Source of the DNA: Elsinoe ampelina
Taxonomy: Eukaryota
Direction: 5' to 3'
NCBI GenBank assembly: GCA_010093995.1
Contig: ML992507.1
Coordinates: 1,299,868 to 1,363,867, forward strand
Length of the DNA stretch: 64,000 bases
Program-made: the position numbers and the translations under genes
The notes under the pieces: model-generated
Databases searched by the model: none
What the model was told of the DNA's origin: nothing
The model's input: the letters and a program-made list of their open reading frames with translations, nothing else
Part shown: positions 23,177-35,342 of the stretch, piece by piece
Numbering within the stretch: the stretch's first letter is position 1
Layout: every line of letters begins with the position of its first letter

Positions 23177-23890
23177 ATGTGTTTCTTCATAATCTACACC
23201 CACCCCCTCTGCCCACACTCCTCCCAATCCCTCCCGGACCTCTGCGCCCCCGCCCTCGCCCGCAACACCCCCTGTCCCCCAGGCACACGCAAAGAATTCA
23301 AAGTGCGCCAGCGCGACATGTGTCCCTCGTGCGCCGACCGTCGGGCGCGTAAGAAAGAGGCAGAGGGGAGGAGGAGTTTCGATCGGGGTGTCGCTCTGGA
23401 GGAGAGGGTGGGGGAGGGGAGGTTGAATAGGTGGGCGGAGGGGGGGGGGGGGTGGGCTGTGGCTGGGGGAGGGGAGGGGAAGGAGGGGATGGAGGGGATG
23501 GAAGGGAAGGTGGGGGCGAAGGGGATGCAGAGCGAGGGTGTAAAGGGGATGCAGAGCAAGGGTGTGAAGGGAATGGTTGGAGAGGGAGAGGGTCGGGGAG
23601 GGACGGGGGGAGTGGAGGCTGGAGGGGGAGTGCAGGGGCTAAGGAAGGGGGAGGAGAGGAGGGAGATGGAGGGCCCGGATGAGGATATCTTGGACAGGGG
23701 TTTCGTGGTGGGGAGTATAGATGAAGTGAAAGGATGGTCTTTGAGTGAGTTTCTGGGTTTTCCAAAAGGGCATGAAAGAAGGATGAGGGATGGTGGCAGG
23801 AATGCTGGTAGGGACGGTGGTGGGAACCGCTTGGGTGGAGAGGCTGAGAAGGCAAATGGGGATGATGAGGGTAAGAAGTGGTGGGAATAG
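23177..23890 (+). CDS. Hypothetical protein with N-terminal Cys/His motif and Gly/Glu-rich tail
   Basis: MCFFIIYTHPLCPH...DLC...PCP...MCPSC after a good start context (AAAAACATG), then a G-rich low-complexity region. Confidence 0.55.
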   Translation: MCFFIIYTHPLCPHSSQSLPDLCAPALARNTPCPPGTRKEFKVRQRDMCPSCADRRARKKEAEGRRSFDRGVALEERVGEGRLNRWAEGGGGWAVAGGGEGKEGMEGMEGKVGAKGMQSEGVKGMQSKGVKGMVGEGEGRGGTGGVEAGGGVQGLRKGEERREMEGPDEDILDRGFVVGSIDEVKGWSLSEFLGFPKGHERRMRDGGRNAGRDGGGNRLGGEAEKANGDDEGKKWWE

Positions 23891-24242
23891 CGGAAAGGAC
23901 GGGGGGATACGTGGTGACAGTCGCTTGATATGGACTGGGTGGTAAGAGTTGTCATCAGCATTGCGACGGAATGATGGTAGTACCTTTGGCGAGCGGGGCA
24001 TGCATAGCGGTATAGTTGGGATCATTCTGCGGTTTGGGGATACCGTGGAACAATTTCACCAGTTCGGTGACAAAGCATTGAAGAACAGCAAGTCTTTCAG
24101 TAACTATATGGGTATCATAATCATAGCATCGGATCTTTCGTCCAGCAATACGGTCGCCTTCACCCATCATTGCAATGTGAGGTCAGACTACCAGCGTGTC
24201 TGTTCAGTCTACCCCCCGACGCGCCACAAATGCCTTTACTCT

Positions 24243-26984
24243 TCATCCGAGCAGCCTTTGAATATCTCCCGCCGTTCCCCTACCCCTCTTTCTCCTTCCT
24301 GCACCCTCGCCCTCTCTCATAGCAACAGCCATCAGCTTCCTCTTCTCTGCCTGAATCTCAAGGGTCCTCTCCTCGATACTCCCCTTGACCACAAGCCTCC
24401 ATACCGTGCACTCTCTCTTCTGCCCGAGCCTGTGCACACGATCAACAGCTTGATCCTCGATAGCAGGTGCCCACCAGCTGTCGCACATGACGACTGTGTT
24501 CGCCGCGACCAGATTGAGACCGACGGCACAGACACCCAGACTGGCCAGCAAGATTGTCGTGTTGGGATCAGAGTCGAATTGCTTGAGTGATCTGTCTCGC
24601 ATGTGAGCTGGCATGGAGCCGTCAAGTCGAGCGGTCTTGTGGCCTTGGGCTGCGAGACGAGGTTCGACAATGTCGAGGTAGCGACGCCATTGAGAAAAGA
24701 TGACCACTTTGGTGCCTTCCTTCTTGTGCATAGCTTCTGTGAGCTTGAGAAGAGCATCGGTCTTTGCGCTCGTATCTTCGTCTGCGACCTCTTCCTCTGC
24801 ACTTGCATCATCACCACAGTCGACTGCTGGCCCAACAAGGCAGGTCTCGTCCTGCAGATGGTTTCTGCACATGGGGCATTTGTGTTGCATTTCGATTGTA
24901 CGCTGGATGCACGGTCGACAGAAGAAGTGTCCGCATGGTGTGATCACTGGTTCGTTGAGATTGTCGAAGCAGATGGGGCAGTCCTCTTGTGACTCGATTG
25001 AGACCTGCAGTAGATCCTGCAGAGCTTTGACGTTGTCGGGAGTCAGCGATACAGCCTTGCCCTCTGACAGGAGAGACATGAGGTCTAGAACACGACTCTC
25101 GCACATCTTCCAGTGGTTGCAGACCTGCCGCAGACGAAGCAAAATCTCCAGCAAGTGTCGGTACGTTTCCTGGGCCTTGCGAGAATCGCCTGACCGGGAA
25201 GCTCGATTGTAAGTGCTAAGCATGCCGCGAGCTTCGTCTTGCAAAGCATCGTACTTCTTCTGCTCATGATTTGTGAACTCGACATGATGTACATATTCGG
25301 TCAGAGCTGGTAGTTTGAGGTCGATGAAGGACATATCCTTGCGGCGACGCAGGCAGATCGTGCCCATCAGCGCCTGGAGAAGAATGCTAGCGTCCTTGTC
25401 TCCATCCTTCATAGGCCGAATAAGGACGGTGTTGAAAACCTTGAAGTCGTCGAGGCCACCACTGAGGCCAATGAACTTGACCAGCGAAAACAGATCCTTG
25501 AGTGAATTGATAATTGGAGTACCTGTCAGAACCCACTTTGCCCGTGCATCGATGGCGCAAGCAGCTAGAGCGTTCTTGGTCCCCGGATTTCGGATGGTAT
25601 GGCCTTCGTCAAGTACGATGCGACGCCACTGCATAGAGTATAGACCATCCCTTGTCGGCATTTCGGGGGGCTTGTCGCGTCCTCTTGGCATGTACTCAAC
25701 TGAGAGGGTGCCGTAGGTAGTTATGATAATGTCATACTGCTTGAATTCTTCTGCCTTCATCTTCTTTCGGCCTTGTCCATGGTAAGTGTAGACCTTGAGA
25801 GGGTTGGCCTCGTCAACGTGGAGTTCCGCTTGACCGCTCCAATTGCTCATCACGCTGACTGGTGCGACGATCAGAGTCGGGCCAACATCCTCACCATTCT
25901 TCTTCTTGTCTGCGACAATCAAGCTGATAATCTGGACTGTCTTTCCAAGTCCCATGTCATCGGCCAAAATCCCGCCGCGAGCAAGACGTGGTTCCTTACT
26001 CTGAGAGTGGTTTGTGGCGATGTTTGTGTACTGAGTGTTGCTTGCGCGTTTCCAGAGCTGCACAACGTCATCCCCTCCTTCCTCTGGCAGTCGTGGATTC
26101 TCCTGCTCCAACAGCCACGCCAGACCTTGGAGCTGGAAGGGTAGGAGAGGTGTGCTGATTCCGGCCGGCTGATCCTCTTTGGGCATGGCCATCAGCTGCT
26201 CTTCCTGGGCACCGTATTGCTCGGCGACCTTGCTTGCATCGCGCGGATTGAAGACGGTAGCCTCATCCATGAGGTCCTCAATTTCTTCTGGACCTCCGCC
26301 ATCGCCATTGGCGACCGCACCATTATTCCACTGTGCATCTTTCTCCGGCTTCTTGCCTTTGGCGACCTTTTTGAGCTCGGCCGCACGTCTTGCCTTTTCC
26401 TCCTTCTCCCTCTTCTTGAATGCATCAAGATTCAGCCGATCTTTTTGCATGCGCTCACGAAGCTCTGCTCTGATCTGCGGATCGCTCGAACCGAAGAGGG
26501 CGATGTTAAGGGGAATGTCGAACTCGGTTCGTCGTCCAAACAGTCTCCCTTCGGCAATTAGATCATGATTGTCGAGGTATGGAGCGAGCTTGGCGGCGAT
26601 CTGGCGAGGTACGTGACCAATCTGCTGGCGATTCACATTGAGGACCTGAATAGCATTGCGGTCGTACTGATTCTCGGGTTCGCGGCGCAAGACGACAGTT
26701 TCACCAGAGTTTGCGTAGCCATTGTAGAAGCGAATGCCGACGACTTTGGCAGTGTGGATGCCGTACAGCTCAAAGTATTCAGTCTCGGCCGGAGCATTCT
26801 GGGTTGAAGGCATGAGCTCATTGCCGTGATTCTCATCGTCGACGCTGTCGAAAGAGCCTTGTGAAGCAAGTGAAGACCTTGGACCTGCTTGTTGCGAAGA
26901 GCGTGGAGTCTTGGACGTTGGTTGCTCATCGTCGGAGCCAGTCAGGTCCACGACATCGGAATGCGAACGCTTCTGGCCGCCCAT
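24243..26984 (-). CDS. Rad5/HLTF-like SNF2 helicase and RING E3 ligase with HIRAN domain
   Basis: HIRAN (VVGIRFYNG..LRREPENQYDRNAI), GGILADDMGLGKT, RIVLDEGH, RING CPICFDNLNEPVITPCGHFFCRPC..CPMCR, QAVDRVHRLGQ. Confidence 0.95.
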   Translation of the reverse strand: MGGQKRSHSDVVDLTGSDDEQPTSKTPRSSQQAGPRSSLASQGSFDSVDDENHGNELMPSTQNAPAETEYFELYGIHTAKVVGIRFYNGYANSGETVVLRREPENQYDRNAIQVLNVNRQQIGHVPRQIAAKLAPYLDNHDLIAEGRLFGRRTEFDIPLNIALFGSSDPQIRAELRERMQKDRLNLDAFKKREKEEKARRAAELKKVAKGKKPEKDAQWNNGAVANGDGGGPEEIEDLMDEATVFNPRDASKVAEQYGAQEEQLMAMPKEDQPAGISTPLLPFQLQGLAWLLEQENPRLPEEGGDDVVQLWKRASNTQYTNIATNHSQSKEPRLARGGILADDMGLGKTVQIISLIVADKKKNGEDVGPTLIVAPVSVMSNWSGQAELHVDEANPLKVYTYHGQGRKKMKAEEFKQYDIIITTYGTLSVEYMPRGRDKPPEMPTRDGLYSMQWRRIVLDEGHTIRNPGTKNALAACAIDARAKWVLTGTPIINSLKDLFSLVKFIGLSGGLDDFKVFNTVLIRPMKDGDKDASILLQALMGTICLRRRKDMSFIDLKLPALTEYVHHVEFTNHEQKKYDALQDEARGMLSTYNRASRSGDSRKAQETYRHLLEILLRLRQVCNHWKMCESRVLDLMSLLSEGKAVSLTPDNVKALQDLLQVSIESQEDCPICFDNLNEPVITPCGHFFCRPCIQRTIEMQHKCPMCRNHLQDETCLVGPAVDCGDDASAEEEVADEDTSAKTDALLKLTEAMHKKEGTKVVIFSQWRRYLDIVEPRLAAQGHKTARLDGSMPAHMRDRSLKQFDSDPNTTILLASLGVCAVGLNLVAANTVVMCDSWWAPAIEDQAVDRVHRLGQKRECTVWRLVVKGSIEERTLEIQAEKRKLMAVAMREGEGAGRRKRGRGTAGDIQRLLG

Positions 26985-27589
26985 GGTGGATGTGATTATG
27001 TGAGAAGGCAGGATTCACACATGCTCGGAGTTGCACCTGAAGCTCGAAAATGCGACGCTTTTCGGAAGTACGTCATTGACGCCAAGTCACGTGATAATAT
27101 CTCTCCCACATTTGCGGCCAGGCTCCTGTTCGAATTTCTAACCTCCCACCTGCCAGCAGACCACATCGTCCATGTCCGTACCCACGAGCTCGCACGACCT
27201 CATGTTCCGAAACAACTTTCGTCTCCAGATGAAGCCCGACAAAACACTGCCGAGTCACGGCCGTCTTCTGCTCACAGACCTCCGAGGTTTAGCGGGTTAG
27301 AGACATTTTCCCCCACATGGTTCGGACTTTGATTTCACCACATTCATTTCTTCACCCACTGGGTAAATGCACCCCGTAACTCTACCCCAGAGAGCCTCGG
27401 ATGGATGGACGGTACAACAGCTTGGTATATGCAAGTCAATCCTTGTTCCTGCATTTCCCCGCCGTGACTTTTGATCACGCTGGCAAACAAAGGTCGACGA
27501 GACGAAATTTCTCCGACCAATCCGCCCAGGTACCCTGTTGAACGCCCAATGTTTCATCTCTCGCAGTTCCTCCGTGTCAGACAAGCAAT

Positions 27590-27620
27590 CTTGTCAGGAC
27601 TTGTCAGGACTTGTCAGGAC
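27590..27620 (+). repeat. Perfect 10-bp tandem repeat (CTTGTCAGGA) x3
   Basis: Read directly from the sequence, in the divergent intergenic region between the helicase and the pectinesterase. Confidence 0.9.
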
Positions 27621-27976
27621 AGGCTTAGACAAAAAGCTTCTCGCTCGTCTGCAAAAGCTGTAACCACAATTGGCTCGACCCCCCTGGTTGTTCTTGCTTG
27701 TTCATATGCTTGAATCATGCACCACCACTTTGTGCAACGAGTTTCTCCGTCACGCGTAGCCTGTGGCTTGACTAGAGTACACTCTCATAGTTCACAAAGT
27801 CGTTTCGAACGGAATGAGCTGCGGAGACCATGTTCGGTCCGGTGCTGATCACACGGAATGTTGGGACGTCCTTTGTACAGTATACTCGACTTCTTTTAAA
27901 TGGTGGACTTTGCCCTGATTGCCCTGACTTGCTGAACCAAGAGTCTATCTGGCATCGACTTGGGGCTTCTACCATT

Positions 27977-29015
27977 ATGTTGAAATCCATCGCTTTCCTT
28001 CTTACCAATGTGGCTCTAGCCCTGGCGGCGGCCAAGACTACCGCTCCATCAGGTGCTCTTGTTGTCGGTGGTAGTGGAAAGTACAAGACTGTGCAGGCCG
28101 CTGTCAACGCCTTGTCAAAGACGTCCACCTCGACCCAGACCATCTTTATCAACCCTGGTACCTACAAGGAGCAGGTCTATATTCAGGCTCTCAAGGGACC
28201 CTTGACCATCCAGGGTTATACCAGCAACGATGCGTCGTACACCAACAATCAGGTGACCATCACCCAGGGCAAGAGCCAGGACGACTCTGCCAACAATGAC
28301 TTGACCGCCACCCTCCGTGCCTGGACCACAAATCTCAAGGTCTACAATGTCAACCTCGTCAATACCCGCGGGCAAGGATCTCAAGCTCTCGCCCTCTCCG
28401 CCTCTGCCAACGTTCACCCCCCTGCCCATCCCGACATAATACCTAACTAACCCCTTCCAGAACCAAGGCTACTACGCCTGCCAATTTCTCGGCTTCCAAG
28501 ACACCATCCTCGCGCAAACCGGCAACCAGATCTACGCCAAATCCCTAATCCAAGGCGCCACCGACTTCATCTTCGGCCAATACGCCACAGCCTGGTTCTC
28601 GCAATGCGACATCCGTGTTCTCAAAGCCAGCACAGGCTACATCACCGCCTCGGGCCGCCTCGACGCCAACAACCCCAACTGGTACGTCTTCGACAAGTGC
28701 AACGTCGCCGCGGCGTCAGGCAACAGCGTGCCCAACGGTGCATACTACCTTGGTCGTCCATGGAGGGAGTTCGCCCGCGTCACGTTCCAGAATACCGCCT
28801 TGTCTGCCGTGGTCAATGGTGCCGGCTGGGTGCAGTGGAACAGCGGTGACCCTAGGACGAGCAGCGTCACGTTCCAGGAGTACGGCAACACCGGGACCGG
28901 CGCCTCGGGAACCAGGGCCAAGTTCTCGAAGAAGATCTCTGCTGCCATCCCCATCACTCAGATCCTCGGTTCTGGGTACGCGAGCGCAGCTTACGTCGAC
29001 AAGGCGTTCTTGTAG
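27977..29015 (+). CDS. Secreted pectin methylesterase (CE8)
   Basis: Signal peptide MLKSIAFLLTNVALALA; YKTVQAAV, PGTYKEQV, QALAL, GFQDT, GATDFIFG, YLGRPW. Intron ~28,412-28,460. Confidence 0.93.
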
Positions 29016-29178
29016 CTGCCTCTAACCAGCCTTTTCACTTCCTGTACATAGCTTCTCCCAGGTCGCCCACAGCAGCATACAGCCAACCAAAAGCCAGCTC
29101 TTTCCCCGCCTGTCCATCCCCTCCATTCCACTCCCCACCCCACCCCTGTTCTTACGCCTGTCCACATGCCACCCTTTC

Positions 29179-29868
29179 TCAAAAGAACTTCACCCCCTCC
29201 CCCTCCCCACCCGCTCCTCCTTGCCCGGTATTAAAAACCTGCGCCCTCCCCCTCTTGACCAACACCTCAAGACACCTCCTGAACAATTCCTCGTCCATGC
29301 CCCTCCACTCGGTCCCCTCCGTCTCCTCCCCCTCCCTCAACTCATACACAGTGAGCACACTCCCCCTCTGGCCCGTCCCATCCACCCACGCATAAATCGC
29401 ATCCGCCCACTCCTCCACCCGCCGCCAATACACCCACGCCACCGTCTTCTGCTCGTTCGGAACCGTCGCCGCTTCCCTCCTCTTGCTCGCGGCCCCGGGG
29501 ACCGAGAGGACGTACTCCGCGCGCCGATCCCCGTCGGGGGACGCCATCCAGTCTAGGATTCGGCGGATGGAGAGGAGGTCGAGGCGGCGGTTTATGGCGG
29601 GGTTGTGGAAGAGGGGGGAGGTGGTGGCGTCGGAGAGGGAGAGGCGGAAGAGGCGCGCGTGGGCGCAGTAGGATTGGATGAGGGTCGACCAGAGGGTGAG
29701 TTGGCGGGAGAGGGTGGTGAGGTTGGGTTGGAGGGTGAAGAAGGGGGGGAAGGAGTGGTGGGGTGGGAAGGGGAAGGTGGTGCTGGAGGTGGGGTCTTTG
29801 GGGGTGGAGGGGAGGGGGGAGGGGGAGGCAGAGGTGGGGAGGGGGGTGGTGGTCGTGAGTGCGTCCAT
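29179..29868 (-). CDS. VPS25: ESCRT-II subunit Vps25
   Basis: FPPHHSFPPFFTLQPN, LFHNPAINRRL, YWRRVEEWA, VLTVYEL, C-terminal GVKFF. Confidence 0.93.
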   Translation of the reverse strand: MDALTTTTPLPTSASPSPLPSTPKDPTSSTTFPFPPHHSFPPFFTLQPNLTTLSRQLTLWSTLIQSYCAHARLFRLSLSDATTSPLFHNPAINRRLDLLSIRRILDWMASPDGDRRAEYVLSVPGAASKRREAATVPNEQKTVAWVYWRRVEEWADAIYAWVDGTGQRGSVLTVYELREGEETEGTEWRGMDEELFRRCLEVLVKRGRAQVFNTGQGGAGGEGEGVKFF

Positions 29869-30412
29869 GGCGATTTGAGATGTTATCGTTGCATGGCCGT
29901 GTGGAGGTCTGGGCCACAATGTGTACGGAGTGCGGTTACGTCAAAAGAAAGTGCAGTCGAAGTTGGAAGACAACTTGGCACTAGGCGGTGGAGCTTGGTA
30001 GACGGGAGCCACAATCTTGTGGTTGAAAAGCCCCGCACTTTTCAACGACGACGTCGCGTTTTTGTTAAACCAGCCTCTCCACTCGCAAAAGTTTGCAAGA
30101 ACTTGATCAGACATGTGGTAGCTACAGGCGTGGCTAATAACTACCAGACCTATCTGTCAGCCTGAGTTGAGCTTTCAGATCCTGTACTGATGGAGTTATG
30201 GACGAAGCAAGTTGATACTCAGCTGAGATAGTGTTACTGAGGACTTCAATCTTTGCGAGTGGAGTGAAGCCTGTTGGACACAGAAGTCGTGGGACTGCAT
30301 TAGCTGGTAGTTTTGATCTCGGATAGGACTACCAGCATTATGATACACATCTCACCTCCGGTATGTTCTCAGCTGCATGCATATCACGCAAGTGTACAGA
30401 TGTGACCTAAAG

Positions 30413-31848
30413 TCATGAAGACATTGCAGCACACAGCTGCAATCTTGTATACAAATCCTCAGTTTCCTTCGCATACATCTCAATCGCCTTTCTCCGCTCA
30501 CTCGTCGCCATCTGCGTGACCCCACTCTTCCTTTCGCTATCCTCAATGATCACCACCTCCCTCCTCAATCTCACTTCCTCATCAAGCCCCGCATTCGCCT
30601 TCTGCACACTCTTCCACATCCCCTCAACCACTTCCTCCTTGCTCTCCCACTGCTTCGATGGCTGCAAGATCACAAACGGAACCGATCTCTCCGCTCCTCC
30701 TACAACGGACCGCTCAATGTCGTCGTCCTCGTTGAGCATCATCTCAATATGGATGGCATTGAAATTGGTCATGGATCTCAACTTGACGAAATCGTCTGCC
30801 CTACCAGCAACACGCCAGTAGCCCTTCTGTGAGGAGAAGCCGGCGAACGGTCTCGGGTTTGTATAGTCCGACATCTACAGAAGGGTTGAGGCGGAGAACA
30901 TTTTCCATAGTGTCCATGGGTACTAGAAATGGCGTGCTTGCTGGTAGGACGATGGTGATGGTATTACTGAAGAGCGGAATGATCAGTGATATGATTATAC
31001 CGACTGTCCATGAGTGAGGCATGATGTCGATCATGGTATGATGTTCCAGCCCGAAACTGTATGCTGGTCTTTGTGCGAGAGATAGCGTGGCCACCTTGTA
31101 TACATTCTCGTCGAAGCTGGCGATTACGGAGTGAGTCTGCCGAAGAGGTTTCGGTTATGCTAAACTGGGTGAGCATAGAGCGATGCTTAGCACAAGGGTA
31201 TACTGACCTGTAGTCCCCGAGGTCTGAATGATGTAGAAGGTTTCATTCTTTGCAAACTCAAATTGCTTGGAGCATGGATAGAGCCTGGTAGTTTGCTCAT
31301 AGAAATGTTCAAGTTCGGGGAAGCACGAACGAATTGATGTGCCCTCGTGCAGATAGTACGTGGTCCCAGTGATGCTTGTGACTGACGGTCGACAATACAG
31401 CTCGAGTGTCTGTGCTATCAAGCAGCATACCCTGAGCTTCTGTAGTATTTTGTAGCAAAGGGATTCGGAGCTTGCCAACACCGTCAGTTGGTAGTGCCTT
31501 CTCGTCTGTTTCTGCTTCCCTGTCGATTGGTCCTCTCCGCAGCTAGCAGCAAGAATATGTAACGAAGATCGTTTAGTCCGATGTATGCGATTGTTTTCCG
31601 GGCATCTGCTGTGCGAGGGAGTGATCCCAATGTCTCATCGAGCCAGTATGCCATGACCGAGATGGCGCTGGCGAGGTCGCCATAGCGGAAGTGCCTAAAG
31701 CCATCTCCCACATTGTCCGTCTTCGGCACTAGCAGATATTCCGATATGGATTCTCCTTTGCTCTGTCATCGATCAAATTGTTGAGTAGCCGTTGCCCATA
31801 GTGCTTTTGTGTTAGGTCAATGCCGATGTTGCTGGTAGTACCAGCCAT
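30413..31848 (-). pseudogene. Decayed adenylate-forming (NRPS-like/AMP-binding) enzyme gene
   Basis: YGQRLLNNLID start, then a frameshift near 31,740 (NPYRNIC* versus EYLLVPK). IAYIGLNDLRY, IIQTSGTTG (A3) and GRADD (A8) are present, but the A3-A8 interval is much shorter than a normal A domain. Confidence 0.75.
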
Positions 31849-32597
31849 CCTCCAGATATAGAACTTGACCGTGTTGGGAAGGCAGATTATCACGTCTCGA
31901 TAGCTTCCGCGATATGTGGCTCGCTCTACACAATCGACTCAAGTTGACACGCGGTACGTACGAAGCTCGTCATTGATTGACATCAAGGCTGGTGGACGGG
32001 AGCAATCGATGTCACGCCTGACTTGGCAGTCAGATTTTAGTGGACTTCAATTGGTGCAGACGTAATCCGCAGCGACTCTGATGCCGGAATTGCGGTGATG
32101 AATGTAGTCCGTCCTTGTCGGTATGCAAATAAACAGTGATGAATGTTGACGACGAAGTCATCGTTGCTGAGAAAGCGAGGCAGGTTGTCGAGGAATACCA
32201 GCCCGGCCCTCGGCCATCGGTACCTTGTTATCTCCGAATGCTTAGTATCCTTGATCACAATGGCGTTCAATTCGCACTTGGCTTGCTCGACTGATTTGGA
32301 TGATCACATCTTTTGACCAGATCAATGGGAGCAGAGCAGGACGCGGGATGTAGACCGACGCCAGACCTGACTGATAGTAAATTAAGCAGGCAGCCAAGCG
32401 GCACGTCTTTGCTCCGCAAAAGCGACAAACTCCGAAACGGAGATAGACGGTGAAGCTCTGCTATGCTGCAATGCACATATATCAAAGTCAGTCCCGACGT
32501 GTTCGTAGAAAAGCCGGTCAGACTGCACGGTACTTCTGCGAAGAGACACAGTGATCGCAACACTTGTCACTTGAGAAATTCGAAAGACGACCGCATC

Positions 32598-33466
32598 ATG
32601 TCATCTAGCACCATCGTTATTATTACCGGAGGTAATACGGGCTTGGGTTACGAGACAGTAAAGCAGCTGCTTCAATCAATAAGGACCTACCACGTTCTCC
32701 TAGGAAGCCGCAATATCGACAAAGCCCACTCGGCCATCGAGACGCTCCGATCCGAGGTCCCAGACACCAAGAGCACACTGGAGCCATTGCAGGTCGACGT
32801 CGAAGACGATGCCAGCATCCAAGGGGCTTTTGACACCGTCAAGAGTAAGTACGATCATGTTGACGTCCTGATCAATAATGCCGGTAAGTGATATGTATCT
32901 CCACGAGCAGCTCGGCACTGACAAGGTCGGCAGGTGCCGGTTTCGACAACGAGGTCAAATCCGGAGCCATGTCCACCCGCGAAGCATGGAACAAGGCATG
33001 GAACATCAACGTGACTGGGACGAACATCATGACCGAGACGTTCGCTCCGTTGTTGTTGGCCTCTTCCGCTCCTCGCTTGCTGTTTATCGCCTCTGGCACT
33101 TCAACCCTCTCTGGCGTCAGTCAAGCCATTGAGTCTGGCGGGGGGATCAATCAGTCTATTCCGCCAAAGGGGTGGCCGAAGCCAGTGGTAGGGAATGCCT
33201 TTACCAGCTATCAGAGCAGCAAGACTGGAATGAACATGATGATGCTGAACTGGCACCGTATGTTCCAGAAGGATGGAGTCAAGGTCTTTGCAGTCTCTCC
33301 TGGGTTTCTTGCCACTGGTCTTGGTGGATTGGGTGCGGACAAGTTGAAGTCTTTTGGAGCTCAGCCAGTGTCTGCTGGTGGTGAGATGGTCGTCAGTACC
33401 GTAGAAGGTGCTAGGGATGAGCATGCCGGTAAAATTGTGTGGAGGAATGGCATTCAGCCATGGTAG
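32598..33466 (+). CDS. Short-chain dehydrogenase/reductase
   Basis: ITGGNTGLG, DVLINNAG, YQSSK (YxxxK), SPGFLATGL. Intron 32,884-32,933. Confidence 0.92.
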
Positions 33467-35342
33467 TGCCGTTCACCTATGTTGGCCTGATCATTCTTGG
33501 GACGAATAACACCTTTCTCCGCTCTGAAAGATCTGAATGACATTCTTCACCGACCGTGATCGCTGCCATGGCCGGCTTGGATGCAGCCTGCCCATACGGG
33601 GCAAGCCTTCAAGCTGTTGGTCTGGCGATGGTCGAAAGTCAATCTTGCAAAGACAAGTCAACGAACTACTCATCTCAGATCTGATCATCTGTTTCCCTGA
33701 TACGACAGTGGGCGTGAAAATCGTCAGCGTCATAGAAGAGATTGAGTTTTTCACGCACGCTGTGCGCGGCGGCGACTCGGCTGCGGCCGATCTAGCTGTC
33801 TGTGCTCAGATCTCGCATCTCATTTGCCCTGCATGGTGGCGGCCTCTAAATTAAGGGCCAGTGGTTTTAGCGCTCCATCCTTGGGTGGCATGTGAACGGG
33901 GTGCAAGCGACGCGTGAGCCACTTTTGCAATTGATGCCAATACCAGCGGCAATTCGTCTGCAGCGTGGTGTGAAGCTCAATTGAGATAGCAACCAACACA
34001 CTGAGTGCAGAAGAGTGCGGGGCTGGTCTGACGACAGAACGATAAGCCGGTGCAGCCTTGTCGCTGGGGCACGACGCAGTGTGTTGCGAAGGATGGTCAC
34101 CTCATGAGCATGTGCCCGAGAGTCAATTGCCGATGCGAGGCAATTGGGTTTGCGATGATCAGAATCTTGACATTGAGATCCAATCGTTCACAGTTCGGGC
34201 CATGAACTCTCCGCTACGGTGATCGACTGCATTGCCTCGAAGTTGCGTGACAACCAATGACAGCAGAGCATGACGAGGGACAGCGCCTGAGACCCAATCC
34301 GGCCGCATGAAGCCGGGTGAACCCCAAAGCCGACGCTTCTCGTCCTGTCGCCACTAATTGCCACCAATTGCTACGGACAACAAAGAGGAATCATGCCACA
34401 CGCATACCCCGCGAACAATGCGTTTCGAGCTGAGATCATCTGAACAAACAATGACAGAGAGTCTGGGTGAGTGGCTTGCGCAATAACAACCTTGGGTAAT
34501 GAAGTCAAGGCTGAACCACGGATACCGCCGGAAAGGCCAACGAGAAACGCCTCCCGACGTGGGGAATCTGATCCACCAGGCGGCGATCAACGAGACCTGC
34601 ATCCCTCTCCCTCGTCGATGGCGTGAGTCACGTATTCGGGAAAAGTGACTTTGTTTTCTCGTCGGTTGGAGTCATAGATTTGCAAAGAATGCTATGGAGC
34701 AGATCAAAACCGCTGGAATTGGTCGGAACCTAAGCGACCGAATTGTCTGTCATCATCCATGGTACATTCTGTGCAGTACTGGTCCATATCGCGGCCTAGT
34801 CTCGACTCTGTCTGGTCTTTCTGCAGGTTTCCATTCATGGTTGCCAGGCTTATTCATCCTTGCACCCCCTCCAATCCGTTTCGATCGTGTCCGGATCAGA
34901 GACAAACTAGCGCCACAACAATGACTGCCTTGTGACAAGGAGTCACCTGCCTAGCCGCGTTGTCCTCACCTGACATGTTGTGCCTGTATCATCCCCACTG
35001 ATACCCTCTGGCTTTCAACTCTACAAACTCACGCCATTCTTTTTGCGAAAGAGTCAATTGGATCCAATTGCATCTTCTCTGCACGGATTAGAGTTTTCCA
35101 TTATCAATTGGAAGATTTCTATCGTGCAGGCCGTCGTTCTCACCGTAAGACGACACAGCCATCGTTGATTCCGCTCGGACATAGTCGACTCTACTCCGCC
35201 GATCTACATTAGTAACTCTACCTTTGCCACACTTATCAACCTTGCTACAAGGCCTTTCTCCTGTTCTTATTCAATTCACTCTCCCACGATAATTCTCCAC
35301 CTAACCATATTGTCACCCATTCATCCCAGACCGTCCGCCGAG

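Noticed and set aside
33470..35340. Long intergenic region with several short ORFs upstream of the SWIRM gene
   Set aside because: No recognisable motifs or splice-consistent model; compatible with a long promoter or 5' UTR.
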